From an uncultured bacterium (GTDB lineage: Bacteria > Bacillota_I > Bacilli_A > RFN20 > CAG-826), in NCBI GenBank assembly GCA_949299335.1, contig CASGAD010000017.1, positions 764 to 64,763 on the forward strand: a stretch of 64,000 bases of DNA, in the 5' to 3' direction. The notes under the pieces are model-generated. The model was given only the letters and a program-made list of their open reading frames with translations, was not told the origin of the DNA and did not search any database. Each line of letters starts with the position of its first letter. The stretch's first letter is position 1. Positions 8,930-18,816 of the stretch are shown here, one piece after another. Position numbers and translations under genes: made by a program.

Positions 8930-11900
8930 ATGAAAAGAAAAAATAAAAGAATAATTACATTTGCAGCAAGTGGAATCGTTTTATTAGCATTAATGACTAC
9001 AGTTCATTTAGTTGCTGAATCACAAAGTGGAAATCTTGACTTATTATTCCCTGGACAATCCCATGTTACAGATACAGGTGATGGTTTAGATGGAAAATAT
9101 TACGATTATGAATTTGATAGTCAAGAAAAGGCTTTAAAAAATGCTCAAGAAGTTACTCAATTAACAGCTGAAGAAGGAATGACTTTATTAAAAAACGAAG
9201 ACAATGCATTACCTTTAGCTAAAACAGCAAAAGTTACGATTCTTGGATATTATTCATGGCATAATAATATGAGTGGTGGTGAAGATCCAGCCACTACAAA
9301 AAATGCAATTTCCTTAGGAAAAGGCCTTGAAAATGCTTTTGATACAAATAAAGCTGTCAATGATATTTATGCAAATGCTAAAGGTGATTTTGATGACCCA
9401 GCTGGAGAATTACAAAGCGCAGAATCAACATTCTCTTCATATGACACCGCAGTAGTTACAATTAAACGTAATTCTGGTGAAGGAAATGACCAATCAATGG
9501 ATGCAGGAGCAAAAGAAAACCATAGAACTGGTTTAACTTTAAATACAGCTGAATTAAAGTTAATAGATTACGCTTCAAAACATTTCAATAAAGTAATTTT
9601 AATAATTAATGCAGCTAATACAATGGAATTAGGATTCTTAAATGATAATGATCCAAATTTAAAAAATGGTATTTATACAGATCCTTATAGTCAAAATGAA
9701 TACGATTTCTCGAAAGTAAAAGCAGCAATTTGGGCTGGATGTTGTGGATCTCAAGGTGGTACAGCATTAGCAAATATTTTAAATGGTACTGTAAATCCAT
9801 CTGGACATTTAGTTGATACTTATGTTCGCGATTTAACTAAAGAACCAACATATCAAAACTTTGGTTCATATAAATATTCAAATTCAGCTGAATTAAATTC
9901 ATATCAACAAGAAACATACTTTGTAGAATATGAAGAAGATATTTATATTGGTTATAGATATCATGAAACAGCTGCTTATGAGGCTTTACACGGAAATTAC
10001 GATGGATATGATTATGAAACTTCAGTCGTATTTCCATTTGGATATGGTTTATCTTATACTGATTTCTCCCTTGAATATAGTGAAACACCAACTTATGATG
10101 CTGAAACTCATGAATTTGTATTCAAAGTCAAGATTCAAAATACAGGATCGGTAGCTGGCAAAGGGGTTGCACAAATTTATGTAAATGTTCCTTATATTAA
10201 TGGTGGTGTTGAAAAATCACATGTAGTTTTAGGTGGATTTGCTAAGAGCACAAACTTACAACCAGGCGCTTCTGAAGTTTTGACTATTAGAGTTCAAGAA
10301 GACTATTATGCAAGTTATGATTATACAGGTGAAAAGTGCTATATCCTTGATGCTGGTGATTATAATTTCTACCTTTCTAGTGACTCTCATTCTTGGGCAA
10401 CCATTGATAATGAAGATGCAGAAACCAAAGCAAAACATAAATTTACATATACTTTAGAAGATAAAGTTGTATTTAGAGAAGATGCTGATGGAAAACGTTA
10501 TACAGATAAAACAGAAGCTGTTAATAAAGAAGATGATGAATTAAATTATAAATTTAAGAAATTCGGTGAAGGAAGTACAGGTGATGGTTATGTTCACGAT
10601 TTCACTAGAAGTAATTTCAAAGATTCATTCCCAACTTCACCAACTGGAAACGATTATATCTTATCTGATGAGAGAGCATTAAAAGAAGTCGCTATTTACG
10701 ATGTGTGGGCCGAAGAAAATAATCCAATTACTGAAGAAGTAGCTACTAATGTTGATAAAACTAGTTATAAATTAAGCGATATGAGAGGCGTGGATTATGA
10801 TGATCCAAAATGGGATGATTACATTGACCAATTTACAGTTGATTCAATGGTCAACATGTTCTCTAATGGTGGATGGCAAGAAGTTGCTGATGAAGAAAAT
10901 GGCGTCCCATTATCAAAAGATGCAGACTCCCCATATGGATATTATGCACATGCATTAAATATTAAAGATATTAACAAATGGTATTGTGGTGCTCCAATGG
11001 TAGCTTCAACATTCAACGTTGAAATTGCTAGAAAAATAGGTGAAGCATTCGGTGAAGAAGCTCAAGCTAATCAAATTGCAGGTGGTGATTTAATTACCGG
11101 CTTATATGGTTATGGTGCTAATACTCATAGAAGTGCATTTGGTGGAAGAAACTATGAATATTATAGTGAAGATCCTTTATTATCAGGTAAATTTGCCGCT
11201 AGCGAAGCAAGCGGAGCCAGTGAAAAAGGCTTAATTACCTTCATGAAACACTTCGCATTAAATGACCAAGAAACTAATAGACAAAAGAACGGATATTGTG
11301 CATGGGCTAACGAACAAGCATTTAGAGAAATCTATGTTAAACCTTGGGAAATTTACATTAAAGAAGCAAAAATGACAGTTAATTACTACGATACAGATGA
11401 AGATGGTAAATATGTCATGGCACAAAAAGAAATGCCAGCAGCAACAGGTATTATGACCGCTTATAATAGAATCGGTGCTACATACGCAGGTGCTAGTGTT
11501 TCAATCATTGATATTTTACAAGATGAATGTGGTTATGTTGGTTCAACAATCACTGATGCTGGTGGACAACCAAATACATATATGACTACTGATTACTTAT
11601 TAAGAAGAGGTGGAAACTTGACTCTTACAAATAACGGTTCAAATGGTTTATATGATACAGAATCCAATACAGCAAAGTATTACTTAAAACGTGCTACAAA
11701 ACAAACACTTTATAACAAGGCAAATTCAAATATTATGCAAGGCATCGCTCCTGGAGCAAATGTTACTTATGATATGGCTCCTTGGAGAATAGGATTATAT
11801 AGTGCATGGGCTGTAGTTGGTGCATTATTACTCGCTGATGCTGCTTATATCGCTTTAATTGCAAGTGGAAAAATTAAGATTAAAGAAAAAGAAAAAGCTC

Positions 11901-11932
11901 AAGTAGAAACAAGTGATGAAGAAGAATATTAA
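8930..11932 (+). CDS. glycoside hydrolase family 3 enzyme with reversed domain order and hydrophobic anchors at both termini
   Basis: The C-terminal half carries GH3 catalytic-domain motifs: GGRNYEYYSEDPLL, KHFALNDQETNR, IMTAYNRIG, STITDAGG. The N-terminal half carries the GH3 alpha/beta-sandwich domain plus an Fn3-like region (FGYGLSYTDF, VKIQNTGSVAGKGVAQIYV). There is an N-terminal signal-anchor and a C-terminal TM (GLYSAWAVVGALLLADAAYIALIA). Confidence 0.85.
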   Translation: MKRKNKRIITFAASGIVLLALMTTVHLVAESQSGNLDLLFPGQSHVTDTGDGLDGKYYDYEFDSQEKALKNAQEVTQLTAEEGMTLLKNEDNALPLAKTAKVTILGYYSWHNNMSGGEDPATTKNAISLGKGLENAFDTNKAVNDIYANAKGDFDDPAGELQSAESTFSSYDTAVVTIKRNSGEGNDQSMDAGAKENHRTGLTLNTAELKLIDYASKHFNKVILIINAANTMELGFLNDNDPNLKNGIYTDPYSQNEYDFSKVKAAIWAGCCGSQGGTALANILNGTVNPSGHLVDTYVRDLTKEPTYQNFGSYKYSNSAELNSYQQETYFVEYEEDIYIGYRYHETAAYEALHGNYDGYDYETSVVFPFGYGLSYTDFSLEYSETPTYDAETHEFVFKVKIQNTGSVAGKGVAQIYVNVPYINGGVEKSHVVLGGFAKSTNLQPGASEVLTIRVQEDYYASYDYTGEKCYILDAGDYNFYLSSDSHSWATIDNEDAETKAKHKFTYTLEDKVVFREDADGKRYTDKTEAVNKEDDELNYKFKKFGEGSTGDGYVHDFTRSNFKDSFPTSPTGNDYILSDERALKEVAIYDVWAEENNPITEEVATNVDKTSYKLSDMRGVDYDDPKWDDYIDQFTVDSMVNMFSNGGWQEVADEENGVPLSKDADSPYGYYAHALNIKDINKWYCGAPMVASTFNVEIARKIGEAFGEEAQANQIAGGDLITGLYGYGANTHRSAFGGRNYEYYSEDPLLSGKFAASEASGASEKGLITFMKHFALNDQETNRQKNGYCAWANEQAFREIYVKPWEIYIKEAKMTVNYYDTDEDGKYVMAQKEMPAATGIMTAYNRIGATYAGASVSIIDILQDECGYVGSTITDAGGQPNTYMTTDYLLRRGGNLTLTNNGSNGLYDTESNTAKYYLKRATKQTLYNKANSNIMQGIAPGANVTYDMAPWRIGLYSAWAVVGALLLADAAYIALIASGKIKIKEKEKAQVETSDEEEY

Positions 11933-11950
11933 TTCTTTAAAATAACAAAT

Positions 11951-11994
11951 AAGAGTTATTTAGTTTAAAAAGTTAACTAGATAACTCTTTTTAT
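11951..11994 (+). terminator. intrinsic terminator after the GH3 gene
   Basis: A 15-bp stem AAGAGTTATTTAGTT / AACTAGATAACTCTT (one G-U pair) followed by a T-run. Confidence 0.8.
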
Positions 11995-12160
11995 TATGTA
12001 ACTAGAATCAAAAAATATTATGCTTAAAAACATAGTAATTGAATTTTGTTTATTAAATAGTATAAGTAATAATTAAAAGGTTATAAATAAAAATAACACT
12101 ATGGATTTTCAATAGTATTTTTTTTATAAAGGCGATGTATAATAATAAAGAGGTGATTAT

Positions 12161-14167
12161 ATGAAAGCAAAGCAAGAAAAAATAATTTTAAGGGTTTTTA
12201 GCTTAGTTTTTGGAATAATTGGAACCTTTTCATTAGCTTATTCAATAAAATTGAATTCATTAAGTTTAAGTGAAGTTAATAAAGACATCATTAGAAATAA
12301 TACTAGTGATTATATTTCTTTAAGTAAGGAATATAACTTAGAGGATCTTAATGACTATGCTAGCAATTATATAAGCGAAGAGACACTAACTAAGGTTAAT
12401 GATACACTTGACTTTAATGGAGTAGTCTCTAATTATAGTGAGACAGTTGATTTTAGTAATGTGATAAAAGAGAAAAAAGAAACATCTTCAAATTTATTAA
12501 ACAATTATTTTCCAAAGAATACAACTAACTACTTGCCAGTTTTAAAAGATTTAAGTATATATGATGAATTTGATTCACTTGAAGGAGAATTGCCAAGTGA
12601 AATTAATGAAGTTTTAATCACCGATGTGCAATTAGATATATTTGAAACTTTAGGGTATGAATTTGAATCAGAAAATGAAACATATTCACTTTCTAAAGAA
12701 GAGATTAGTAAAGACCCTTCTTTATTAATTTGTAAACCATTAAGTTACTCATATTTATTAGATGATAATTTAATTATTAAAGGAATAATAAATACTCACT
12801 TTGATTATTCTAAATATGATGATATTAAAAATGATATTTTAGAAGGTAAAAATGTTATTGTTCCTGAAGAATTAGTACAAATGTTTAATTATTCATATTC
12901 TAATATGTTATTAGTTTCTAATGATTATTATGATTTATTAAAAGACAATTTGGATATTTCTTATTCTTTTAAAGATAATGTTTCTATGCTTTATCATGAT
13001 GATAAAGGCTTATATTTATCGACTGAAAAAGCCTTGCTTCCTAGTGGATATTATTATGATAACTTAGTTTATCTAGAAGGTACTAACTTAGATGATTCAT
13101 CATTTGGAATGAGTTTAGATAAATATGTTAATTATTTATCTTCAACCAATCAAATCGATGATTCTATTAAAATACGTTTGCCTAAAGAATTTGTCTTTGA
13201 TGCTAATAGTGACACTTTAATTAATGAGAAACCATCGGAGTTTATAACTAATTTAGATTCTTATGCACTTAATTATTTAGCTTCTAAAAACTATAAAGCA
13301 TATTTTGATGAAAATAAGTTTGATATAAATTTATATGCTTCAAAATATTTTAATGGTCAAAGCTATGATTTAAATAACCTAAAAGAAGAAGAAAAAGTAG
13401 AAATTTTTAAACTATATTTAAAAACTGTTCTTTCTAATTACCCAAAAAATAGTGTTGAAGTTGCGTTGCATAAAGAAAATAAATCTTATTTAACTAAATT
13501 AATAGATTACTTAATTACTATTTATGATGATGAATTATTTACTATTCGTGATTTTAATATTAAATTTAGCGATAATTCAGTCACTGCGTTAACTTTAGTA
13601 GCTTTAGATCCATTAAATAATGTAGATAGATTTTATTTTAGCGAAGCTAATTCTTTAAAGTTCTTAGAAAATTCCACAAATTATTATTCTGCTTTAATTT
13701 CTTTAAATGCTTTTGATGATGAAAAACTTGATACGTTAGTTTCTACTATTAATGAAGAAAATTTAATAGTCAATAATATGAATATTAAAAATGAACAAAC
13801 TCTTAATAGCATGAGTGCGAATTTATTTAAAGGTTATTTAACTACTGGAATAATTGCTTTAATTTTGTTTATTGGAGGGGAAGTGTTTTCTCGCTTTAAA
13901 GTTGAAAGGTATTTATTAATCGAAGAAAAAGAAACAATTAAAAAAGCTAGTAAAGATATCTTAGTAAATGAAATATTAACTATTGGTTTATCAAGTGTAG
14001 TTCTTGTAATCTCTTTATTATTAACTAATAGTGCCTATGGAGTATTTTTAGGATTTAATGCATTTGACTTTCTCTATATTGTAGTTTTTAGTATTGCATT
14101 GGGCTTAATTCAAATATTTTCTAAATATCTACTTGAAAAGCTAGATAAAACAAAAAAAGAAAATTAG
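12161..14167 (+). CDS. large membrane protein with MacB/FtsX-like topology (family assignment weak)
   Basis: 668 aa. One N-terminal TM, a roughly 520-aa extracytoplasmic region, and three C-terminal TM helices. GAGGTG lies upstream of the ATG. No adjacent ABC ATPase. Confidence 0.5.
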   Translation: MKAKQEKIILRVFSLVFGIIGTFSLAYSIKLNSLSLSEVNKDIIRNNTSDYISLSKEYNLEDLNDYASNYISEETLTKVNDTLDFNGVVSNYSETVDFSNVIKEKKETSSNLLNNYFPKNTTNYLPVLKDLSIYDEFDSLEGELPSEINEVLITDVQLDIFETLGYEFESENETYSLSKEEISKDPSLLICKPLSYSYLLDDNLIIKGIINTHFDYSKYDDIKNDILEGKNVIVPEELVQMFNYSYSNMLLVSNDYYDLLKDNLDISYSFKDNVSMLYHDDKGLYLSTEKALLPSGYYYDNLVYLEGTNLDDSSFGMSLDKYVNYLSSTNQIDDSIKIRLPKEFVFDANSDTLINEKPSEFITNLDSYALNYLASKNYKAYFDENKFDINLYASKYFNGQSYDLNNLKEEEKVEIFKLYLKTVLSNYPKNSVEVALHKENKSYLTKLIDYLITIYDDELFTIRDFNIKFSDNSVTALTLVALDPLNNVDRFYFSEANSLKFLENSTNYYSALISLNAFDDEKLDTLVSTINEENLIVNNMNIKNEQTLNSMSANLFKGYLTTGIIALILFIGGEVFSRFKVERYLLIEEKETIKKASKDILVNEILTIGLSSVVLVISLLLTNSAYGVFLGFNAFDFLYIVVFSIALGLIQIFSKYLLEKLDKTKKEN

Positions 14168-14289
14168 TTAATAAAAGTAAAATTATATTAAAAATTGCTA
14201 TTATTCATTCATGATTTAATGATGATTTTTTAAAGTATAAAGTAACGAATATAACCGACAAAAGGTAAATAATTTAGTATAATTATCTT

Positions 14290-15039
14290 ATGAAAAATAA
14301 GGCTATTTTTTATGCAATTGGTGATCTTCATGGAAGCGCTAAACTTTTATTAGAAGCATTACAAAAGATAGAAAATGAGACAAAAAACCTACAAAACCTT
14401 GATATTTTTGTCTTTTTTGTAGGAGATTTTGGCTTTGTTTTTTATGATGATGAAAGCGAAAAAACTAAAAAAGTATCAATACTACAAAGGTTTAATTTTA
14501 ACTTTATTGTTATACTAGGAAATCATGAAAACTACAAGGCTATTTATAGTCTTAAAACTAGCAAAAGATTTAATGGAAAAGTATATGTAGATAAAGATAT
14601 AGATTCTTTAGTTTATGTAGAAAATGGAGAAGTCTTAACGATAGATGATAAAAATTTTTGGTATTATGGAGGAGGCATTTCAGTAGATCAAGAGTGGCGA
14701 GAAGTTAGAGAAATGCTATATAACATTAAAACATGGTGGGAAGAAGAAATTGATGAAACTAATTTCGATAAAGGAATTACTAATTTTAAAAGTAAGAAAA
14801 TAGATGTGATATTAACTCATGATGTGCCTTTATGTGTCTTTAATAAATTAGTTTATTTTTTTGATTGTACCTCTAAAAAAAGAAGTCCTTTACAAGGGTA
14901 CTTTGATTACATCTATTTTGATTTAAATGGTAAGTCTTCTTTATGGATTGCAGGACATTATCATCCTGAAAAAATATTAAAATTTAATAATTTATATATC
15001 TTACCTATCGGGAAAGTGTTTAAACTATTTAACGAGTAA
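14290..15039 (+). CDS. metallophosphoesterase (calcineurin-like)
   Basis: Motifs appear in the expected order: GDLHG, GDFGF, GNHEN, THDVP, GHYH. Confidence 0.8.
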   Translation: MKNKAIFYAIGDLHGSAKLLLEALQKIENETKNLQNLDIFVFFVGDFGFVFYDDESEKTKKVSILQRFNFNFIVILGNHENYKAIYSLKTSKRFNGKVYVDKDIDSLVYVENGEVLTIDDKNFWYYGGGISVDQEWREVREMLYNIKTWWEEEIDETNFDKGITNFKSKKIDVILTHDVPLCVFNKLVYFFDCTSKKRSPLQGYFDYIYFDLNGKSSLWIAGHYHPEKILKFNNLYILPIGKVFKLFNE

Positions 15040-15042
15040 AGT

Positions 15043-15762
15043 ATGCTAAGAGAAACCATATATTTAAATGATTACATGATTGATATCTATATTAATAATT
15101 TGGAAAGTAAGACTTCCTTACCTTTAGTTATTTTAAATTCATATAAAAATGAAAAGATAAATGAAGTTATTGATTTAATTAGGGAAGGAAGTTCGTTTAT
15201 TTTAATTGATATAAAGTTGGAAGATTGGAGCAAGGTACTATCGCCTTATAAAACTCAAATGAATGACAACTTTTTTAAAAATTTAAATGGAGAAGGGAAA
15301 AGTCATTTGGATTTTATTGATAATACATTGATTCCGTATTTAATAACGCACTTAAAATCTAATTTTAAATTAGATGTTTCTAATAGTCTACTTGCTGGAT
15401 ATTCTTTAGGTGGTCTATTTGCAATCTATGGAGGCTTAAATTCTAAATATATTAGTAAAATAGTTTCGGTTTCTGGATCGTTATGGTATCCACATTTTCT
15501 AGATTATGTAACTTCCTTAAATATAAATCGAAATATAAAATCGATTTATATTTCATTAGGAAATAAAGAAAAAAAGACTAGAAATCGATATATGAAAAAA
15601 ATAGAAAAAGCTACTTTAAATATCTATAGTTATTTAAAGACAAAATATTCTAATGTCTTTTTTGAATTTAATGAAGGTAATCACTTTTTTCATTCAAATA
15701 AAAGGCTAGCTAAAGGAATAGTTTACGAGTTAACTCTAAACGAAAATAAAGATAGAATCTAA
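15043..15762 (+). CDS. alpha/beta-hydrolase, putative esterase
   Basis: Nucleophile elbow GYSLGG. Size and layout resemble the putative esterase / IroE-like family. Confidence 0.65.
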   Translation: MLRETIYLNDYMIDIYINNLESKTSLPLVILNSYKNEKINEVIDLIREGSSFILIDIKLEDWSKVLSPYKTQMNDNFFKNLNGEGKSHLDFIDNTLIPYLITHLKSNFKLDVSNSLLAGYSLGGLFAIYGGLNSKYISKIVSVSGSLWYPHFLDYVTSLNINRNIKSIYISLGNKEKKTRNRYMKKIEKATLNIYSYLKTKYSNVFFEFNEGNHFFHSNKRLAKGIVYELTLNENKDRI

Positions 15763-15774
15763 GCATCTTAAAGT

Positions 15775-16053
15775 TTAATTACTATTTTTTAAAATATCAC
15801 TTTGCATGGTTTTACTTGCCTTTAAAAAACCATCTAATACATCTTTATAATACTTTTTAAATTCTTCATTTTTTAACTTTGTTAAGTTATTATCGAGCAT
15901 TTTTGTTTCTCTAGATGAATCTAAAACAGGTATATTATTTTCAAGTTTATAGGCGATAACTTTTTTAACAACTTCCATTCTCGCTTCATATAAAGTAATT
16001 ATTTTAGTATCAATTTCATCAATTTCTTTTCTATATTCGTCTAGATTAGTCAT
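15775..16053 (-). CDS. chorismate mutase (AroQ class, monofunctional)
   Basis: 92 aa. LDEYRKEIDEIDTKIITLYEARMEVVKKVIAYKLENNIPVLDSSRE matches the AroQ helix-1/2 consensus (R..ID.iD..i..Ll..R......ia.yK......v.d..RE). Confidence 0.85.
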   Translation of the reverse strand: MTNLDEYRKEIDEIDTKIITLYEARMEVVKKVIAYKLENNIPVLDSSRETKMLDNNLTKLKNEEFKKYYKDVLDGFLKASKTMQSDILKNSN

Positions 16054-16063
16054 AGATTCTCTC

Positions 16064-17512
16064 CTAAAAAATTAAAGTTCCTATTGGATAAGCGATTAAT
16101 AAAGACACAATAACTGAAAGTATCATCATTATTGAGCCATATAATAAAACGTCTTTAGTTGAAGTGGATTCGTCATTACAAATAATGGCAATATGAGGCA
16201 TTGAAGGAGGAGTAGCAAAGGCAAAACTTGCTAGCATGCCAATAATGCAAATTGTTGCCTCTATATTTAAAGAAGTAGTAGCACTAGTTAAAATTGTACT
16301 AGCAACAGTTGCTACTAGAGTTGCTGTTACCATGTTTGATGATAAGTTGGTTTGTAAAGCTGCCCATAAAGCAAATATTATTAATAAAATTATTGCTGAT
16401 AAGTTATTTAAAGTTGGTCCTAAGTAATTTTCTAGAAAAAGAGTAATTCCTATATCTTCATTTTGTAAAGCTGCTCCTAAAGCTAAAGTAGCAGTACACA
16501 TTATTAAGCTACTCCAAGGGACTCCATTTTTAAAGGCATCATCTACTTTAATTAGTGGTTCTTTATTAACTCTAATTACGCATAAAGCAAGTACCCCAAA
16601 TAAGGGAGGCATACTTGTACCAAAATTATTGAATGTTTTATAAAATTCAGGTGAAATATATTCAAATAAAGAAGGGACAATCCATAAAAGTAAAACAATT
16701 ATAAATATAACTAAAGTATAGATATCTCGTTTATCTAATTTAGGTAATTCATCTTTGAGTTTATTCATATTATCGTATTTAATTTTATTTACATCAGGCC
16801 TAATAAAAATAATTAAAACTAAATACATTAATAAAAATAAAATAAATCCAGCAGGAATGGCTAAGCCCATATATGCAAAAGTAGAAATATTTAGGCTAGC
16901 AGCATTAATAGCTAATACTGGAAATACGTGAGCAATAGGGGTCATACCACTACTAATAGAAACGGTAAATCCTAAGCCTATCATTAAGACTTTAGCAATT
17001 TTATCTTTTTTATCAATTCCTGAAATTTCTAAAATTTCATTGAGGATTGGCAGCATTATTATAAATAAAACACTAGGAGATATAAATAAACCTAATAGTA
17101 AAACAGCTAATAAAAATAGAAAAATAAAGAAGTAACCATTAATTTTAGCTAATTTAGAATTAACAAATGTTATAGCGATTCTTCTAATTAAAGTGGTTTT
17201 AGATAAAGCGTAAGTGCAAACAAAAGTAAATAGTAAAAAAGCGAAAGTAGAATTCCCAAAACTTGAAGAAAGGACTTTACTAAAGCCCAAGCTATTTATA
17301 AAGCCTAAAGACAACATGCATAGTAAACTAGGCCAATCAATACCAATTGTAAGCCATAAAATTAAAGTGCCTAAAAAGATGAACAATACGCCAATTGCTT
17401 CATTACTTAAGGCCTCATTTCCAGGAATAAATTGGCCAAAAAAACATAAGGCCATACATAAAGGAATAATAATCCATCTAAATATTGAGTTATCTTTTAA
17501 CTTAGTTTTCAT
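16064..17512 (-). CDS. DASS/SLC13-type anion (di/tricarboxylate-class) permease
   Basis: 482 aa and highly hydrophobic, with a two-fold repeat architecture. The N-terminal pattern is typical of the ArsB/NhaD-superfamily SLC13 permeases. The substrate cannot be read from the sequence. Confidence 0.65.
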   Translation of the reverse strand: MKTKLKDNSIFRWIIIPLCMALCFFGQFIPGNEALSNEAIGVLFIFLGTLILWLTIGIDWPSLLCMLSLGFINSLGFSKVLSSSFGNSTFAFLLFTFVCTYALSKTTLIRRIAITFVNSKLAKINGYFFIFLFLLAVLLLGLFISPSVLFIIMLPILNEILEISGIDKKDKIAKVLMIGLGFTVSISSGMTPIAHVFPVLAINAASLNISTFAYMGLAIPAGFILFLLMYLVLIIFIRPDVNKIKYDNMNKLKDELPKLDKRDIYTLVIFIIVLLLWIVPSLFEYISPEFYKTFNNFGTSMPPLFGVLALCVIRVNKEPLIKVDDAFKNGVPWSSLIMCTATLALGAALQNEDIGITLFLENYLGPTLNNLSAIILLIIFALWAALQTNLSSNMVTATLVATVASTILTSATTSLNIEATICIIGMLASFAFATPPSMPHIAIICNDESTSTKDVLLYGSIMMILSVIVSLLIAYPIGTLIF

Positions 17513-18728
17513 TTTCTTCTTTAATTCTTAACATATCATTTTCATTAAGCTTTAGATTACATTTTATATAGACTCTTTGCTTAATTTTTTTGACTTCTTC
17601 TAAAGGATTTTTATTTAAGTCTAAAATTTCTTCAATTTTGAAGGTTTTATTAAAATTATCTGAATTTGATAATACTTCTAAAGTATCTCCAACTTTGAAT
17701 TTATTACGATGTTCTACTAATAAGTAACCATCTTTAGAATCGACAACTAGAGCGACATATTTATAAGTTTGAAATAGTTTAGAAGTTAAAGTATTAGTTT
17801 TAGAATCACTATTAAAATAAAATCCAGTAGTGAAAGCTCTATTTGATGTCTTTTTTAATTCATTAATGTAATTAAAAGATGGTACTTTATTGACTTTTAA
17901 ATCATCAAGCGCTCTACGATAAGTATTAATTACAGTAGCAACATAATAACTAGATTTCATTCTGCCTTCAACTTTAAAACTAGTGACTCCAGCTTCAACT
18001 AATTCTTTAAGATGTTCAATCATACAAAGATCTTTACTATTTAAAATATAGGTTCCTCTAGAGTCTTCTTGAATAGGAAAATATTCGATACCATCGATAT
18101 TATTTTCATCTTTAACACTTATTGCATAGTTCCATCTACAAGGCTGAGCACAAGCCCCTTTATTTGAATCTCTACCAGTTAAATAGTTAGATAAAAGACA
18201 TCTTCCACTATAAGAAATGCACATAGCTCCATGACAAAAACATTCTATATCAATATCTTTACCAATAGCTTCTTTAATCTCTTTAATTTCTTTAATAGAT
18301 AGTTCTCTAGCTAAAACGAGTCGCTTAGCACCTAATTTAACCCACATTTTAGCTGAATAAATATTAGTAATATTAGCTTGTGTGGATACATGCAGTTCTA
18401 AAGAAGTGTGTTTTTTTACTAAACTAGCAATTCCTAAATCACTAACAATGACGCCATCAGCATGATTTTCATCTAAAAATTTTAAATAATCGATCATTCC
18501 TTCAAAATCTTCGTTATGAGCTAAGATATTGACAGTAATATAAACTTTGACATTATGATCATGAGCATATTTAATGGCTTTTTTCATTTCTTCTTCGTCA
18601 AAATTATTTGAAAAAGCTCTAAGTCCAAATCTTTTACCTGCGAAATAAACAGCATCACATCCAAAATGTATGGCTGTAACTAATCTTTCAAAATCTCCAA
18701 CAGGAGCTAATAATTCTAATTCACTCAT
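17502..18728 (-). CDS. peptidase-U32-family protein (TrhP/YrrO-like size class)
   Basis: The N-terminus MSELELLAPVGDFERLVTAIHFGCDAVYFAGKRFGLRAF is the canonical U32 start. A Cys cluster is present (CFCHGAMCISYSGRCLLS...CAQPCR). Overlaps the permease gene by 11 nt. Confidence 0.9.
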   Translation of the reverse strand: MSELELLAPVGDFERLVTAIHFGCDAVYFAGKRFGLRAFSNNFDEEEMKKAIKYAHDHNVKVYITVNILAHNEDFEGMIDYLKFLDENHADGVIVSDLGIASLVKKHTSLELHVSTQANITNIYSAKMWVKLGAKRLVLARELSIKEIKEIKEAIGKDIDIECFCHGAMCISYSGRCLLSNYLTGRDSNKGACAQPCRWNYAISVKDENNIDGIEYFPIQEDSRGTYILNSKDLCMIEHLKELVEAGVTSFKVEGRMKSSYYVATVINTYRRALDDLKVNKVPSFNYINELKKTSNRAFTTGFYFNSDSKTNTLTSKLFQTYKYVALVVDSKDGYLLVEHRNKFKVGDTLEVLSNSDNFNKTFKIEEILDLNKNPLEEVKKIKQRVYIKCNLKLNENDMLRIKEENEN

Positions 18729-18816
18729 GATAGTATGATACTTCTAAATTAATCGTTTTGAAAGTAATTATATTATATAAATATAATTAAATATGCTAAA
18801 ATTTCGATTATAAAGT

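Noticed and set aside
9615-10438. Short ORFs on either strand within the GH3 gene, and similar ones within the 22334, 16064, 28622, 31390, 54376, 58073 and 62586 regions
   Set aside because: They are embedded in strongly supported genes. They are alternative-frame or antisense artefacts of AT-rich codon usage.
12136-12143. TGTATAAT upstream of the 12161 gene as an extended -10 promoter
   Set aside because: The TG is directly adjacent to TATAAT rather than spaced by one base, and no -35 lies at a proper distance. It is plausible as a plain -10 but too weak to list as a feature.
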